Assembly: GCA_030704615.1 (NCBI GenBank)
Contig: CM060731.1
Span: forward strand, 3,844,001 to 3,908,000
Direction: 5' to 3'
DNA: 64,000 bases
Origin: Takakia lepidozioides
Lineage: Eukaryota; Plantae; Bryophyta
Of this stretch, positions 62,259 through 64,000 are shown in pieces (the stretch's first letter is position 1; every line of letters begins with the position of its first letter). The position numbers and the translations under genes are program-made. The notes under the pieces are model-generated. The model made no database searches. It was not told the origin of the DNA and worked only from the letters and a program-made list of their open reading frames with translations.

Positions 62259-64000
62259 TTATATTCTTTGCCATGGAAGAACTGAGCCAATAGACAGCAC
62301 TGTGTAAATCCGTCCATACCCCGGGCAGGACTTCGTGATACGAGCCACCCGAGCCTGCCAAAATTCTAGCCGTTCCATCTTGCATTCGTGAGCTGCTGCA
62401 CCTGAAGCAGCCGACACGGCGCACTGTTTTTCCTTCCATCTCTTTTTGTTGGGTGGGAGTCGGCACCGGGTGGATGCATTGCCGAGATTGTGGCACCATC
62501 TGTGCCAACAGTGCACAAGGGCACACTCGGGAATCGGGCAAGACAAAACCCTCCCTCCTCCACCTGCTATCTCGGTTGTTTGTTTTGACAGCGACGTCCC
62601 AAGTTTCACAGGCCAAATTGCGGGGGGGGAGGGGTTTTCATCATCACCGAAGGACGAAACTGTCCCTTGACGCATCATGCCCTCATCCGTCTGGGCAGAA
62701 CCAGAAACTTTGTCCTTTTTGACTCCCCCACTATGATAAAGGTCGAACAACCCTGTGAATGTTGGAGCTGGAGTCTTTGCATATTTTGATTTGCATTCTT
62801 GAAAGAGGGGGGCCGAATTGCCATGCAAGCAACTTCTAGATCCTGGTGGGGGTGCGTTCTATATGCCACCACTATCAATGCAATCAGATTCCTGCCACCA
62901 TGGCCACCACCTCCTCCTCCAATGGATTCTTGTTGCTGTGCTTGCATGTTCTGCACCTGCTCACAGGAGGAGGACCCACCTGGGAAGGGGCCGGCACACG
63001 ACTTAGTCTGCACTGGAGACAACCTTTGGCACAGAGAAATTGGACCTTGTCTGGGCGATGGGAATCTCCATCTGACCCTGGAAGAGTGTTCAATCCTTTT
63101 TGCATGATCCAAATCTTTCCTCGCTTTCCAAATGAGGGAGCCTGGATTGCAAATGGGAGCCTTTAGTGCACCTGTTCAGAGCTCTGGCCATCTTGGATGG
63201 GTCTCCGGACCTACTCACAGCCCTTAGCATCAACAAAGTCGTACCGGGGCCCTTGCCTCCACCCCGTCCCATCAGAAAATGGCGCTACCTGGTTTGTTTT
63301 GTGTAAGTGCCCGCACCATGTCATCATCAGCATGGCCACATACAAGTCACGACCTGCTTTGGTAGATTGCTGCATCCAGGCGTTATGAACAGTCTCCGCC
63401 AAATTACAGGATGGCATGTCGGCCAAGTCCTCATGCAAGCGACAATCCAAGAACCCAAAATGAAGAGGCACGATGCAAAATTTCTGATTTTGGGATTCAA
63501 GAGGCTTACGTCGTCATGAAGCTCCCCACTGTCTGTATCTGAAGTGCCAGAAAACCAACCAGTCCTCCAACTCCTTTAGGGTGGATACCAGTAGCAGCAC
63601 CAGAGGAGAACCACCAAGCTCGGATTGCTTGGTAAGTGCTCTCAGCTTCTCCCATTGAGTTTGCATTTTTGTACTTGAAACAGAGCCTTCTGTGCTCCAA
63701 CTGAAGGTCAGGGCGAATCAGCGCTTTGTATGACGTGCCAGAGATTGACTCCAATGGAAGAGGCATGTGCGCTCCCTATTTTCCATTGGGACCTTAGGAT
63801 CCCCCGAACCAAACACGCGCCGCACTGCATTGAAATTTGCTTGTGCACTATCCAGCCATGAAGCCCGCAAATTTGTGTTCTGTATTCCATTGCGCTACAT
63901 GACGGCCAGGAGCGAATTCCCATGAGCATCTGGGATTCAAGTGTCCTCCGACTGCCCATAATCACAAATTGCTATTGAGAGCACACGCTGGTACGCTGGA
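62259..64000 (-). pseudogene. Mutator-like (MULE) DDE transposase, frameshifted; continues past window end
   Basis: Minus-strand translation across frameshifts: GFMA/DSAQANFNAVRRVFG...RERTCLFHWSQSL (CxxH) ... CNLAETVHNAW (catalytic E context); Cys-rich C-terminal region. Confidence 0.75.

Overview
Eukaryotic nuclear DNA from a land plant; intron style, repeat content and PPR type suggest a bryophyte- or fern-grade species, which is an inference. The core (17.7-52.1 kb) is a tandem cluster of six PLS-class PPR RNA-editing-factor genes plus an orphan E-DYW relic. Two have intact DYW deaminase domains, three stop in or just after the E region, and one is a frameshifted pseudogene. A conserved 7-exon ZNF830-like zinc-finger gene lies among them. 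Main observation: four PPR paralogues carry a conserved set of small upstream exons (targeting-peptide-like exon, 80-nt 'LW..F..P..WWDNR.DK' exon, 'K.P..PDF.HK...ALW' exon). Together these encode the PDF motif of plant organellar single-stranded-DNA-binding (OSB) proteins. In one copy the exons splice fully in frame to the PPR array. A fifth PPR-DYW gene lies directly behind a recognisable OSB gene (SSB OB-fold plus PDF). This points to a family of OSB/PDF-PPR(-DYW) chimeras. The flanks are transposon-rich: a ~2 kb segmental duplication, non-LTR fragments, a decayed Ty3/Gypsy chromovirus, a Ulp1-carrying DNA-TE region, tandem Helitrons, an L1 with an internal inversion, a CACTA end and a Mutator-type transposase. 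All splice models are read from sequence only and need RNA support.
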